Notes under the pieces: model-generated | Databases searched by the model: none | What the model saw: only the letters and a program-made list of their open reading frames with translations | What the model was told of the DNA's origin: nothing | Program-made: the position numbers and the translations under genes | In this document: piece after piece, positions 41,836 to 55,009 of the stretch | Layout: each line of letters opens with the position of its first letter | Numbering within the stretch: position 1 is the stretch's first letter | From: the human T2T-CHM13v2.0 reference genome, Homo sapiens | Assembly: GCF_009914755.1 (NCBI RefSeq) | Contig: NC_060944.1 | Strand: one strand, 5' to 3' | DNA: 64,000 nucleotides

Positions 41836-42189
41836 TGCTTATGCCCCCATGCACTGGTGCCTCTTGCAGCACGTCAAAGAGTTTACCAAGACGAATGAGC
41901 TCAGAAATTTGAACATCTAACCAGCCATCTGTCTGCCCTTCTGGCCCTTCCAGGATATCAATGTTTCTTATAAAATGGACATAAATTCCTGATGAGACAA
42001 GATTTGTATGGAGAGCCATGGGACTATCACCCCTATTCTAGACACATAATAAAGCAACAGAAGAAGGCCACATTCTCGTTAAGTGAGAGCATAATGAGAG
42101 CAGCAGCATAGCTGCTCTTTTTTACAAGCAGCTATGAAGCTGTAATCCTATGCACCTTCAACCCGTCTCCCCATGAGATCAGACCATCA

Positions 42190-42852
<663 letters not shown>

Positions 42853-42871
42853 TTTTACAAATCCTATATTT

Positions 42872-42906
42872 CACACACACACACACACACACACACGCAC
42901 GCACAC
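42872..42906. repeat. (CA)n microsatellite
   Basis: About 13 CA units followed by CGCA variants. Confidence 0.95.
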
Positions 42907-43073
42907 CTTCCTTCAGAACAAGTGTTTCTATTCTTCCACTGAAAATTTTAAATCTTTGTTCATTAACTCAGGTTCTTCAATACCTTAGAAAGATTCTAAA
43001 TGTATCTTGTCTTTTTTGGCACATTGCTCAAGCCTGTTAAGGTCTTCTTGAATTCTGGTTCCATCATTCAACA

Positions 43074-43268
43074 CAGTGGTCCTCAAGTCTAGTAGTAGCA
43101 TCTCAGAATATGCTGGAAAGGTCTTTAGAGTACTAATTTTTCAGGCTACCCCAGAGACTTAGTGAATCTCAGGTAAGGCTCAGGAATGCCTATGTGTTTG
43201 TTGTTGTATTTAGTTTCCCAGGCAACCCTAATGTAGCCAGTGAAAACTCAGGCATCTGGGATCCCTTG
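43074..43268. mobile_element. MER5-type DNA transposon
   Basis: CAGTGGTCCTCAAGT start, CCCCAGAGACTT, AGTTTCCCAGG. Confidence 0.55.
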
Positions 43269-43689
43269 ATATAACCACTTCAACACAAGGCATGTGCTGG
43301 ACACCTTTTTAGAATTTATCTTTGTCCAGAAACGCAGAGATCTTCCACTGGGACTAGATTTGGGAGTGTAGACTGGAATGCTGGAATTGCCTAGGGAACT
43401 TTTCTGAACTTCATCACCTCTTCCTGGGTGGCCAAGCCTCCTTCTGGAATCCTCTCACTACCACAGTGAACTGCTATCATTGAAGGGAGCACGTTAAATC
43501 CTTCCAGTCTTCTAGTGCAAAAATGTTCTAAGACTCCTAGATTTACCAGTAATCTTCTTTACAAATGATTGTTTGACTTTTGCATTAATTTTACTATTTG
43601 TATTTTCTCTGTGTTGTGCTAAGAATATTATAATAGACTCTGAAAATATTTTACTGGATTTGAATCATGTCCATCAAACCTATTCACCC

Positions 43690-44090
43690 ATCCTTCCTTC
43701 TTTTCTTTTTTCCATAAGTACTAATTGTTCTAGGAGCCAAGCACATTCCAGGCCTTGGGAATACCATAAGGTACAAGACAGCTGAGGTCTTTGCCCTCTT
43801 GTGCTTACATTTCAGTGGGGGATGCAGACTTTCAAAAAGTAAATAAAACATCTGCAAAAAAAATGTTAATATGAGTATGTGGTATAAAGAAAACAAATGG
43901 TACTGAGCATGGAGACAATTGCAGGGAGGGCCTCTCGAAGGGTAACATAGGAGTTGAAAACTGAAGGTCAAGAAGGAGCCAGCCTTGCAGAGATCTGGGA
44001 GAAGAGCATTTGAGGCAGAAGGAACAAGTGAAAATGCCCTGAGATAAGAAAGAAACTTTAGAATTCAAGTAATACAGTGAGGTCATTTCA
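43690..44090 (-). mobile_element. L2 3' fragment
   Basis: TTGCCCTCTTGTGCTTACATTTCAGTGGGG..GAAGGAGCCAGCCTTGCAGAGATCTGGGAGAAGAGCATT. Confidence 0.85.
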
Positions 44091-44321
44091 GAGTGACTTG
44101 TCCTTATTGATTGTGTGCTGACCAGCAAAGAGATATTTCCATCTGCTCTAGGTCCCATAAACTACCTCTTCAAATACCTGCTGAAAATGTTTCTATGTCC
44201 CCACAAGCTTTTAGCCAGCCCATCTTTATATATGCCTATAATGGATTAGAATAAAATAAATACATGAAAACTGCTGATAAACCAAAGCTTTACTAGTAAA
44301 TCTTTGTAGCTCTCTCTCCTC

Positions 44322-44481
44322 CAGGAGCTGATCCAGGTTATATGGGATCTGAAGCTTTTACAATTTTAAAGGTCCTTTCCAAAAAAAAAAAATGCAAATA
44401 AAATGTTGCAATGGCCCCACTCATGCATGTGAAGGGCCCAGAAACTTCAGGCTAATTGGCTCCATGGTAAATTCACCTGTG
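44322..44481 (-). mobile_element. MER53-like DNA transposon
   Basis: CAGGAGCTGATCCAGGTTATATGGGATCTGAAGCTT ... CTCCATGGTAAATTCACCTGTG termini. Confidence 0.65.
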
Positions 44482-44754
44482 CCTGGCACTTGTCTTTAGA
44501 TAAGAGACTGAGAATGACCAAAAATCAAAATCCACAAAGTTGTAAGTAGGAGGCAATGAAAAAGCATGTATTTCTGCTAATAGCCAGAGAAACCATGCTC
44601 TTCTCCATGTCAGCTGATGAGGAGAGGGAGAGGAAAACTTGTTTAGATTTAACTATGCAGTTATTATGGCAATCACTAAGTTAGGAGCAGGAGAAAATAA
44701 ACAAAAGAAAAAGAAGGAGCTTGTTATTTTGTAAGGAAGCTGCTAAAGGAAGCT

Positions 44755-45075
44755 TTAGGCAAGTAAAGGAAGGTAGGTTAGGTAAATACATTGGAAACAA
44801 TGTGGAATGGAGACTGCTGAAAGAGGTAGAGGTAGAAGAAGGTGGTCGGGACCAAGCCAGTGTGGGAGGTCAGGAGAGCGTGGAGGTTGTTTTGGTGGAT
44901 GCAGAGGAGTAGGACTCTGACATGGAAAGGTGGAGGTAGGGGTGGAGGTAGCGTAGGCCGAGATGGGAAGGTCTGGGAGTGTGAGTGGAGGCAGTTGGTG
45001 AAGGCAGTAGAAGAGGTGGTAGGGGGTGAGTGTGCAGGCAGAGGAGGAAAGGTAGTGGTGGTGGTGGTTGTAGGG
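44755..45075. repeat. G/A-rich low-complexity tract (GGT/GGA/GAG)
   Basis: Strongly purine/G-skewed; source of the spurious V/E/G-rich and P/H/L-rich ORFs. Confidence 0.75.
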
Positions 45076-46242
45076 CAGAGTTTGGTTCCATTTGGGCCTG
45101 TGGAGATCCATTCTTCTTGCCTTGTGTGAAAGGTTTTTTTTCATAATTACTTCTGAGTCTCAAAAAATATTCTTGTGAATAATGGAGAATCAGTCATCTT
45201 TTACATTATCAAAACAAAGACTTATCTTATCACAAAATGCTCAGACTGTGGTCCAGTTTGGGTCCAGTATTTTGACATTTGCTTTCCAGGCAATAATAAT
45301 GAGGTATATTTATTTTTTTGAGGTAACATGTGATAATGTAATACATTCATGTAATTTGTAAAGAACAAATCAGTGTAATTGGGATATATATATGTATATA
45401 TAATCTTAAATATTTGTCTTTTTAATGCTAGAAACATTCAAATTATTCTTTTAACTATTTTGAAATATACAATAGATTATTGTAAATTATGGTCACCCTG
45501 TTGATCTATGAAACACAAGGTCTTATTTCTTCTATGAAACTGTATATTTGTACCCATTAATCAGGCTCTATTCATCCTCCCACCCCCTTACCCTTCCTAG
45601 CCTCTAGTAACCACCAATCTACTCTATCTTTATGCAGTCCACTTTTTAGGTCCCATGTACGATTGATGTGATATTTGTCTTTCTGTGCTTGGCTTATTTC
45701 ACTTAACACAATAACCACCAGTTCCATCCATGTTGCTGCAGATAACAAGTTTGTTTTTTTTTTTTTCATTCTTTTTTATTGGATGACTCATGTTCAATTG
45801 CATACATATACCATATTTTCTTTATCCAGTCATTCATTGATGGATACTTTGGTTGATTCCATATTTTGGCTCTTGTGAATACTGCTGCAATGAACGTGGG
45901 AGTGCAGATACTTCTTTATTTTATTGATTTCCTTTCTTTTGGATATATACCCAGTATTGGAATTACTGAATCACATAGTGGTTCTATTGTTAGTTTTTTC
46001 AGGAACCTCCATATTACTTTCCAGAGTGGCTGTACCGATTTACATTTCTGCCAACAATGTATAAGGGTTTCCCTTTCTTTAGATCCTTGTCAGCATCTAT
46101 TATCCTTGTCTTTTTGATAACAGCCATTTTAACTGGGGTGAGAGGATATCTCATTGTGGTTTTGATTTTTATTTCTCTGATGATTAGTCATATTGAACAT
46201 TTGAAAAGTGCTCGATTGTGACCTTGAATAAAACCTAAACCA

Positions 46243-46532
46243 GGCTGGGCACAGTGGCTCACACCTGTAATTCCAGCATTTTGGGAGGCCGAGATGGGCC
46301 AATCACTTGAGGCCAGGAGTTCAAGACCAGCCTGGCCAATATGGTAAAACCTCAGCTCTACTAAAAAAACAAAAATTAGCCAGGCTTGATGGCAGGTGCC
46401 TGTAATCCCAGCTACTAAGGAGGCTGGGGCGGGAGGATCACCTGAGCCCAAGAGGCGGAGTTTGCAGTGAGCCAAGATCATGCCACTGCACTCCAGCGTG
46501 GGTGACTGTCTCAAAACAAAACAAAACAAAAC
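46243..46532 (+). mobile_element. AluS with 13-bp TSD
   Basis: TSD AAAACCTAAACCA at 46230-46242 and 46533-46545. Confidence 0.95.
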
Positions 46533-47859
46533 AAAACCTAAACCAAACAGAATTTGTGGTCAGGGAGAGAGATTTCTTCTGGAAAATATTCTTCCTTCCA
46601 TGATTTGTAACAAATCAAATGGCCATTTATGTGTCTTCTTTTGAGAAGTGTCTATTCAGATATTTTTTTCATTGTTAAATCAGATTTTTTTTTTTTTTTT
46701 TTTTTTACTATTGAGTTGTTTGAGCTTCTTACATACTCTGGTTATCAATCCCTTGTCAAAGGGATACTCTGCACATATTTCTCCCATGCTATGGACTCCA
46801 ACTTCTCTTTGGGGTTGTTTCCTTTGCTGTGCAGAATCTTTAGCTTGACGTAATCTCATTTACCAAGTTTTGCTTTTGCTGCCTCTGCTTTTGAAATCTT
46901 ATGCAAAAAGTCTTTGCTTTGGCCTGGAGCATCTCCCCAAAGTTTTCTTCTAGTACTTTTATAGTTTCAGGTCTTATATTTAAGTCTGTAATCCATTTGA
47001 TTTGATTTTTATATATGGTGAGAGATAGGGATCTAGTTTCATTTTTCTACAAATGGTTACCCAATTTTCCTAGCACCTTCATTGAAGAGACTCCTTTCCT
47101 CATTGTATGTTCTTGGTGGCTTTGTCAAAAATGAGTTGGCTATAAATGTGCAGATTCATATCTGGGCTTTCTATTCTGTTCCATTGTACTATGTGTCTCT
47201 TTTTGTCCCAGCATCATGCTGATTTGGTTACTATAGCTCTGCAGTATATTTTAAAGTTGGGTAGTGTGATGCTTCCAGCATTGTTCTTTTTGCTCAGGAT
47301 TACTTTGGCTATTTGGGGTGTTTTGTGGTTCCATATCAATTTTAGGATTGCTTTTTCTATATCTGTGAAAATGCCATGGTATTTTGATAGGGATTGCATT
47401 GAATCTGTAAAATTGCTTTGGATAATATTATCATTTTAGCTATATTAATTCTTCCAATCCATGAGCATTAATTATTTTTATATTTAATTCTTTCCCTTTT
47501 TTGGTGTTCTCTACAATTTCTTTCATCAGTGTTTTATAGTTTTCTTTGTATAGATCTTTCACTTCTTTGATTAAATTGATTCCTAAGTATTTTATATTCT
47601 TTGTAGCTATTATAGATGGGATTACATTCATGAATTTTTTCAGATTATTCACTGCTGGTATATATAAATGCTGATAATTTTTATGTGTTGATTTTTTATC
47701 CTACAACTTTACGGAATTTGTTTATCAGTTCTAACAGTTTTTTGGTAGAATCTTAAGGTTTTCCTAAGTACAAGATCATGTCGTCTGTATATAGGAAATC
47801 CTAAATCAAAAACCTAAACCTGAACAAGGCTAATTTGACTTTTTTCTTTCCAGTTTGGA

Positions 47860-48095
47860 GCCTGGGCAACATATGGAAACCCTCATCTCTGCAAAAAAAA
47901 AAAAAAAAAAAAAAAAAAAATTAAAAAGTTAGCTGGGTGTGGTGGCACATGCCTGTAGTCCCAACTAGTCCAGAAGCTAAGTTGGGAGGAACACCTGAGC
48001 CCAGGAGGTGAAGGCTGCAGCGAGAGGTGATCGCACCACTGCACTACTGCCTGAGCAACAGAGTGACACCCTGTCTCAAAAACAAAACAAAACAA
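47860..48095 (+). mobile_element. 5'-truncated AluJ in L1 with expanded middle A-tract
   Basis: Starts at GCCTGGGCAAC; near-TSD CCAGTTTGGA/CCAATCTGGA. Confidence 0.9.
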
Positions 48096-49509
48096 TCATA
48101 CACGCAAACACAAACCAATCTGGATGTCTTTTATTTCTTTATCTTGCCCAAGTGCTTTGGCCATGACTTCTAGTATTATTTTGAATAAAAGTAGTAAAAG
48201 TGAGCATCCTTGTCTTGTTCTAGATCTTAGAGGAAAGGCATTCAATTTTTCCATGTTCAGTACAATGGTAGCTGTGGGTTTTGTCATATAGCCTTTATTA
48301 TTTTGAGGTATGTTCCTTCTGTATGCAGTTTGTGGAGCATTTTATCATAAAAGGATGTTGAATTTTCTAAAATGCTTTTTCAGCATGTATCAAAATGATC
48401 ATTTTTTTCCCTTGGTGCTGTTAATGTGATATATCATGTTTATTGATTTTTGTGTGTTGAACCATACCTGCATCCCTGGGATGAATTCCACCTGATCTTG
48501 GTGAATTATCTTTTCAATGTGTTGTAAAATTTGGTTTGCTTGTATTCTGTTGAGAATTTTTGTATCTATGTTAATCAGTGACATTGGCCTGTAGTTTTCT
48601 TTGTTTGTTGTGTCTTTGCCTGGTTTTGGTATCAAGTTAATGCTATCCTTGTAGAAGGAGTTTGGATATATTCCCTCTTTAATTTTTTTGAAGAATTTGA
48701 GTAGAATTAGTGTTAGTTCTTTACATGTTTGTTAGAATTCAGCTGTGAAGCCATCAGATCCTGGGCTTTTCTTTGATAGGAGATTTTTATTACAGCTTCA
48801 GTCTCATTACTCATTATTAGTTTGTTGAGGTTTTTTATTTCTTCATAGTTCAATTTTAGTAGATTGTATGTGTCTAGGGATTTATCCATTTCTTCTAGGT
48901 TTTCCAATTTGTTGGGGTATAGTTTGTAGTAATCCATAATAATTCTGTAGTCTCAGTTGCTATGTCTCCTTTTTCCTTTATGATTTTATTTATTGGGTCT
49001 TCTCTCTTTTTTTCTTAGTACAGAGCAGAGTTTCCTGGGGAGGGGTTGGTAGTCCTGCCTCACCTCTTTTTCTCTGGCTGCCCTCTGGGGTATTTCTTCC
49101 TCCAGGCACTACTGATGCTTCCTGTGGCTTGAAACAGGGACAGGTCTCCTGCTAGGGAACCCAATATGGTAAGGAAGTTGGTTGTCCTCCTTGATCTCAC
49201 TTTTCCCAGTGTAGAAACTGTGAATTAGTGGAAAATTTCTGCACACTTGATGCCAGGCAGATGGTGGGAAGAGGTGTCACAGATATGTAAGTCCAATTCT
49301 CTTACTGTCATCTTGGAGTTTTTTCACTTCTCTGTAGCCCTGGAAACTGTCTCCTCATATTTTAGTTCTAGGGTATTGCTGGTAAAAAACTAGGTGCTAT
49401 ATATTTGGTTTTGTTTTTCTATTGGGGGAAATGAAGCCACCTTGTTTCTAAGCCCCATTTTAGAACCAGATGTCAAAGAACTTTTTAGTTAGCATCAAGA
49501 TTCTGAATT

Positions 49510-49839
49510 TCTTTCTCTCTCTCTTTTTTTTTTTCTTTTTTGTTTGTCAGGGTCTCACTGTATCACTCAGGCTGGAATGTAGTGGTGCGACCATGGCTCA
49601 CTGCAGCCTCGACTGCCTGGGTTTCAGCAATCCTTCCATCTCAGCCTCCTTAGTATTTGGGACCACTGACGTGTGCCACCATGCCCGGCTATTTTTTTTT
49701 TTTTCTTTTTAGTATTTTTGCTACAGGTGGGGTTTCGCCGTGTTGTTCAGGCTGGTCTCAAACACCTGAACTCAAGCAACCAACCTGCCTCAGCATCCCG
49801 AAGTGCTGGGATTACAGGTGCATGCCCCTGCACCCAGCC
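49510..49839 (-). mobile_element. AluJ-like
   Basis: GCTCACTGCAGCCTCGACT diagnostic. Confidence 0.92.
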
Positions 49840-50069
49840 AACATTCTGATCTTCTGTAGACACTCTAACAATGTGTTGCTTTTTCTTGCTTTTAAAACCT
49901 GCCAGGTGGTCACTTATTATCTATCATTAAATATCTGATATCAATCATTTTGTGCTTTTAAAATATGTTCCTCATATATATTAAATGTCATATATGAATT
50001 AAAGTTACTTTTCTTAAAAGTCAACTTGTTAGGACATATATGTAATTCTGAAATAGAATAATAATTGCT

Positions 50070-50208
50070 GCCCTCCTTCTCCTCCTCCTTCTTTTCTTCC
50101 TGTTCTTTCTCCTTATCCTCCTTTTTTTTCTCCTTCTCCTTCTTCTTCTCCTCTTCCTCCTTTCTCCTCCTCCTCTTCCTCCTTTCTCCTCCTCCTTTTT
50201 CTTCTTCA
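50070..50208. repeat. (CCT/CTT)n polypyrimidine tract
   Basis: About 140 bp, almost purely C/T. Confidence 0.95.
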
Positions 50209-51654
50209 GATATTTGGGTGTGCTCCACGGTGTATCACCTTAATAAAACCTAAACCAAACAGAATTTGCGGTCAGCAAGAAATTTCTTTTAGAAAATATT
50301 CTTTCTTTCAGGATACGTAACAAATCAAGTGGCTGCAAAGCCATTGTGTGGGTCAGCATTGGTGACAGCTTCATGAATGTTAACGTTGAATGTCACATGT
50401 CAGCTGAAAATCATCATAAGCCCCTGAACATGATTTTTAAAAGGCTTATGGTATGCTCAGGCATGACTTCGGACTGAATGTCACGTCTTAGATTTATGCA
50501 TATGAGCCTAAATTTTTAAAAAGAGCAGAAAACTATTTTATGTGTTTGTTTCTGAATACTCAAGTGCCTTGCTTTATCTTTCCACTGTGCCTTCTATCCT
50601 GACTACTTTAACTGATAAAATAATTTGCAAAGACGGACAGCCATTTCCTTGCCAGGGTACATTCCAGTGTGGGAGATTTCTAAATGCTAATTAATTCCAA
50701 CCTCAACTATTTTACCTGCTGTTTCAAAGGCTGGCAGCTTGTATTCATCACCTGAATGACAGCTGTTTCTAACCTCTTTTCCCTGAAAAGAAATAAGAAA
50801 TTAAATAAACCTTTTGCATGCTAATCACTGATATTCTGAACTGACAGTTGAAAAGTGTTCAAGTGTGAGTCAAAGGCAGACTTGAATTGAAAGACTTTGT
50901 CTGCACCAACTAGTTGTTGAATTTTGACCAGATATTTGCGAAGTGTAGAGAGACAGGGTTGCAGGCAACTGATGAGACAGTGTTATCATAAGTGAGAGAA
51001 TAATTAGAAGAGACTTTAAGTATGTTAAATGTCTACATTTAAGCAAGTTGAGCAACATACCTTTTTTATTTAAGTTTTATAGTACAGATTTTTTTTTTTC
51101 ATTTTTTACCTAGTGAATTTTCTTCCAGGTCAATGGACAGATAGAAAAAGCAAGGCTTTTTAATTTTTTAAAATTTTGTTTACATGCTATTTTTACTTTA
51201 AAGTTTATTAAGTCTAATTAATTGTCTCATAATAATGGTTGATATATTGCTTCCCAACCAGAGCTATCCTTTGTCAAGATGTATTTTATTTCTACTGTAG
51301 TTTTAATTTCTGCTTTTTACAATAATGGTTGGAGTTAAGAGCATTTGACTGATTCCCCCTAAACAAAGTAAATTTTATGTTAGGACCATCTTCTTATATA
51401 GTAAACATGCACAGACAGTTTTGGAAAGGATTATTTAATCTTCATGGAGGATTAACATTTAAATACCAATAGTAGATTATGCTTCTTGATTTGTTTAAAG
51501 GTATCTACCACTGAATGTTTTCTCCTGCAAGTTCCTGACTTTCTATAAGACCCCAGATAGTATCGTTCAGTCAGAAGTTGTAGATCTCTCAGAGTTCATG
51601 TATTTCATTAATTCAAGTTGCTTTGATGATGCCTACTTTTGTTACAAGAGGATA

Positions 51655-51880
51655 TGTTTCTTTTTATTGTTGTCTTAAGGTTATCACCATTCAGTAATTT
51701 TACTATCATATGGTAAAATCTGACCTTCCGGTGCTCTTCCCTATGAATTTTAACAGTCGTATACATTTCTGTAATTAGTCACTATCACAATCAGAATATA
51801 GAACAGTTTTATCATTCCCCAAAACACTTTTGTGCTATCCCTTTATTTACACCTGCTCTCCTTACCCCTAACTCCTGAGA
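51655..51880 (-). mobile_element. Old L1 (L1MC/MD-like) 3' end fragment
   Basis: CTATGAATTTTAACA..ATCACAATCAGAATATAGAACAGTTTTATCA..CCCCTAACTCCTG. Confidence 0.65.
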
Positions 51881-51904
51881 AGGTATTTTTGTGATGTTAA
51901 AATA

Positions 51905-52010
51905 TAAAGAAGAATGAGAAAGTGGAAGAGGAAGAAGAAGAAGGAGCAGGAAGAAGAAAGGAAGGGAGAGGAGGGCTGGGGAAGGCAAGGAGAGTGAAGA
52001 AAGGAAAACT
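51905..52010. repeat. (GAA/GGA)n polypurine tract
   Basis: GGAAGAGGAAGAAGAAGAAGGAGCAGGAAGAAGAAAGGAAGGGAGAGGAGGG. Confidence 0.85.
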
Positions 52011-52828
52011 GGGCGTGCAACCCAGTGAAATGTTCATTGAATTCTTATCAAAGATTGTATGTGTTACCTGGGACAGTATCTTCAACACATTGCATTCTCC
52101 TTTCTTCATGTAAGAAGATGAAATTGTTCAAATGCTTTCTGCAGTCATTCTCTAAATTGGAAATTGTATACTGTGCCTTGAAAGTGGAATTATCCCCAAT
52201 GATAACTTTTCTCATCCGGTACTGTCAGTACTAGGCTTGTCTGCTGTCAATTTGACATCATCCCATCTCTGGGATGCAATGAAAAGGAGAAACCAAGAAG
52301 CACATACCCCAGAGTCCTCTTTTCTTAATAGTTCTGATTCCAGATTCCCAGTGAAGGGAACGCGTACAGGATCTGGGAGGCAGGAGAGAAGTGGAGTCTG
52401 TTGCAGCTGAATGTGTGGGCAGATGTGGGATTCCTGGTGGCTTGAGAACCACTCACTTCACTGCTGCAGACAGTAATCACTGGTGGGATCTTTCCAGGGA
52501 ATTTCCAGGACACCTTGCCCATAAGCCACTGAGAACCACCAGTCTGGTGTTGCTCTAGGATGAGGTTTCTGGGTCTGCCTTCTCACCCTTCTGCCTGCCC
52601 GTCCCACAACTTCCACCATGACTTTTCTGTCCTTTATCCACTCTGGCTCACCTATCATTTGTGGAAACGCCAATTCCTGCATTCAACTTGCTATTTCTGG
52701 TGTCTCTTCAAGTGACTTGGTTTTCCTGCACAAATCCAGCCTACTAAACCATGATTTAAAGAAAAGTTTAGTATTTGTGGCCAGCGTTTAAAAATTGGAA
52801 GATTTCTCTTTGAAGTCCTAATGGCTAC

Positions 52829-53112
<284 letters not shown>

Positions 53113-53657
53113 AACTTTTCCTTTGAGAAATCAAGTCAGGAAACACTGGACCAGCATTCTGGACTGAAGACAGGGGCGTCAAGGTTACAAGTGGCTGTCA
53201 CCTTAGTAAGGGTGTGATTGTCCACTTCACCAGCCAGCCCACTTCATTGTATCATCTTCTTGGACCTTGCAGCCTTTACATTTGGGTACCTTCCTTGCTA
53301 AATAACATCACCTTAGTCTTATTTATTAAAGGATTACCAATTGCAAAGCTGTTTTCTAGGAACTCCTGGGTATATGGAGATGTGTAAGAAGAACCGAATG
53401 CTTTTAAAGAGCTTGGGGGAATGAACTGAGGGAGACAAAAGCAAGCACGTGACTGTCCTGTGATAGCAAAGTACTTGCATGGAATGATCCCTTAAAGGAG
53501 GGTGAGAAAATAAAATGAGAAAATAAACTTAGTAGCTCACTATTTGGGTATTTTTGTATACTCACATAGAGTTTTATGGTGGCCTCACTTGTTATTGATA
53601 CTCTAATTATTGTTGATGAAATTTATCTGCATTTTAGTAAGAATTTCATATAATGCA

Positions 53658-53990
<333 letters not shown>

Positions 53991-55009
53991 TTAATCTTTT
54001 TCCAAGTAAGCAAATTCTCAAAGTATGTTTCTTTAGAATATTTTTTGTTGATCACTATCTATCTAGTTCTATCACATATCTGTATCTAAATACCAATAAT
54101 ATATGGATTTTAAAGAAGATGATATATATCAGAAAAAATTACCCTTAAAATTTTTCCAATATGTTGTATTTAAATAAAATACAAGGGGCATTATCAGGTT
54201 AATTAATTGCAGATAAAAGTAAATATAGATATATATGAGCCTTTTTCTTTCTTTTTTTTACTTTTACTCTGCTTGGTGTTGCATAAATATGATAGCATAT
54301 AATTTTTGATGCAGGATTTTTTCACTTTATGTTGAGATGTTTTGTATGCTGAAATAAAAATATGAGAATAAGCAATAATTATTGTAAGGTCAGCATCTGT
54401 TGATTTTCTTTTCCTCCAGGTAAAAATAGACATTAGTTTATCAGTTTAGAGAAAAGAACACAGGTGCTTCCTAGTGGCAGGCACCTAGCACACTCCAAGT
54501 AGGAATTCATAGATATGCCTTTTTAAAGTTTATTTCTTTTAATTCACTTTCATTCCACGTGATTTATTTTTTGTGGAGGGAAGAAGTAGATTCAATTTTG
54601 TATTCTCCCCCAATGGCTGATGAAAGTATGGACAATGTGTATTTTGCTATGCATGTGAGGTGTATGTGTGCATGTACAACACATACACATATATATTTTG
54701 GTGGAGACACAAAGGACATTTATTTGGGCAACTCCAAACCTGTTTAAGTTTGATCCCTTCCAGATGGCCGGATACCTGGCTGTCGGATCCTTGGCTCAGC
54801 CCATTTCTTATCTCCCAAATATCCCTTTGTGCTTCTCTGAGAATACGGCATATCTTAGAGCTGGATGAGTTTCCTGTTAGGACAGCTCACAGATTCGCCG
54901 AGCAAGCTGGGGACAGTCAAAGTTGTCTTACAGAAAAGGCTCACATCTTTTAACAAATGTACGTCTTTGAAAAGTGCATTTTGCTCTATAACAATGTTTC
55001 TGGCTTTGT

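Larger units (their letters stand above)
45292..49475 (-). mobile_element. L1MA-type element: 3'UTR and distal ORF2 (RT) joined directly to the 5'UTR; contains two Alus and two foreign inserts
   Basis: ORF fragments [64 protein letters not shown]; 49020-49473 resembles an L1M 5'UTR ending (sense) GACATCTGGTTCTAAAATGG, a decayed YY1-type start. Confidence 0.9.

Noticed and set aside
44721-45163. Longest ORFs (up to 129 aa; V/E/G-rich or P/H/L-rich), open in several frames
   Set aside because: Caused by G/A-skewed low complexity lacking stop codons; no convincing splice or start context
47214-48937. ORFs resembling reverse transcriptase
   Set aside because: Broken L1 ORF2 pieces with stops, frameshifts and Alu insertions; not an intact or novel RT
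49941-50253. K/E-rich and S/F-rich ORFs
   Set aside because: Translation of the (CCT/CTT)n tract
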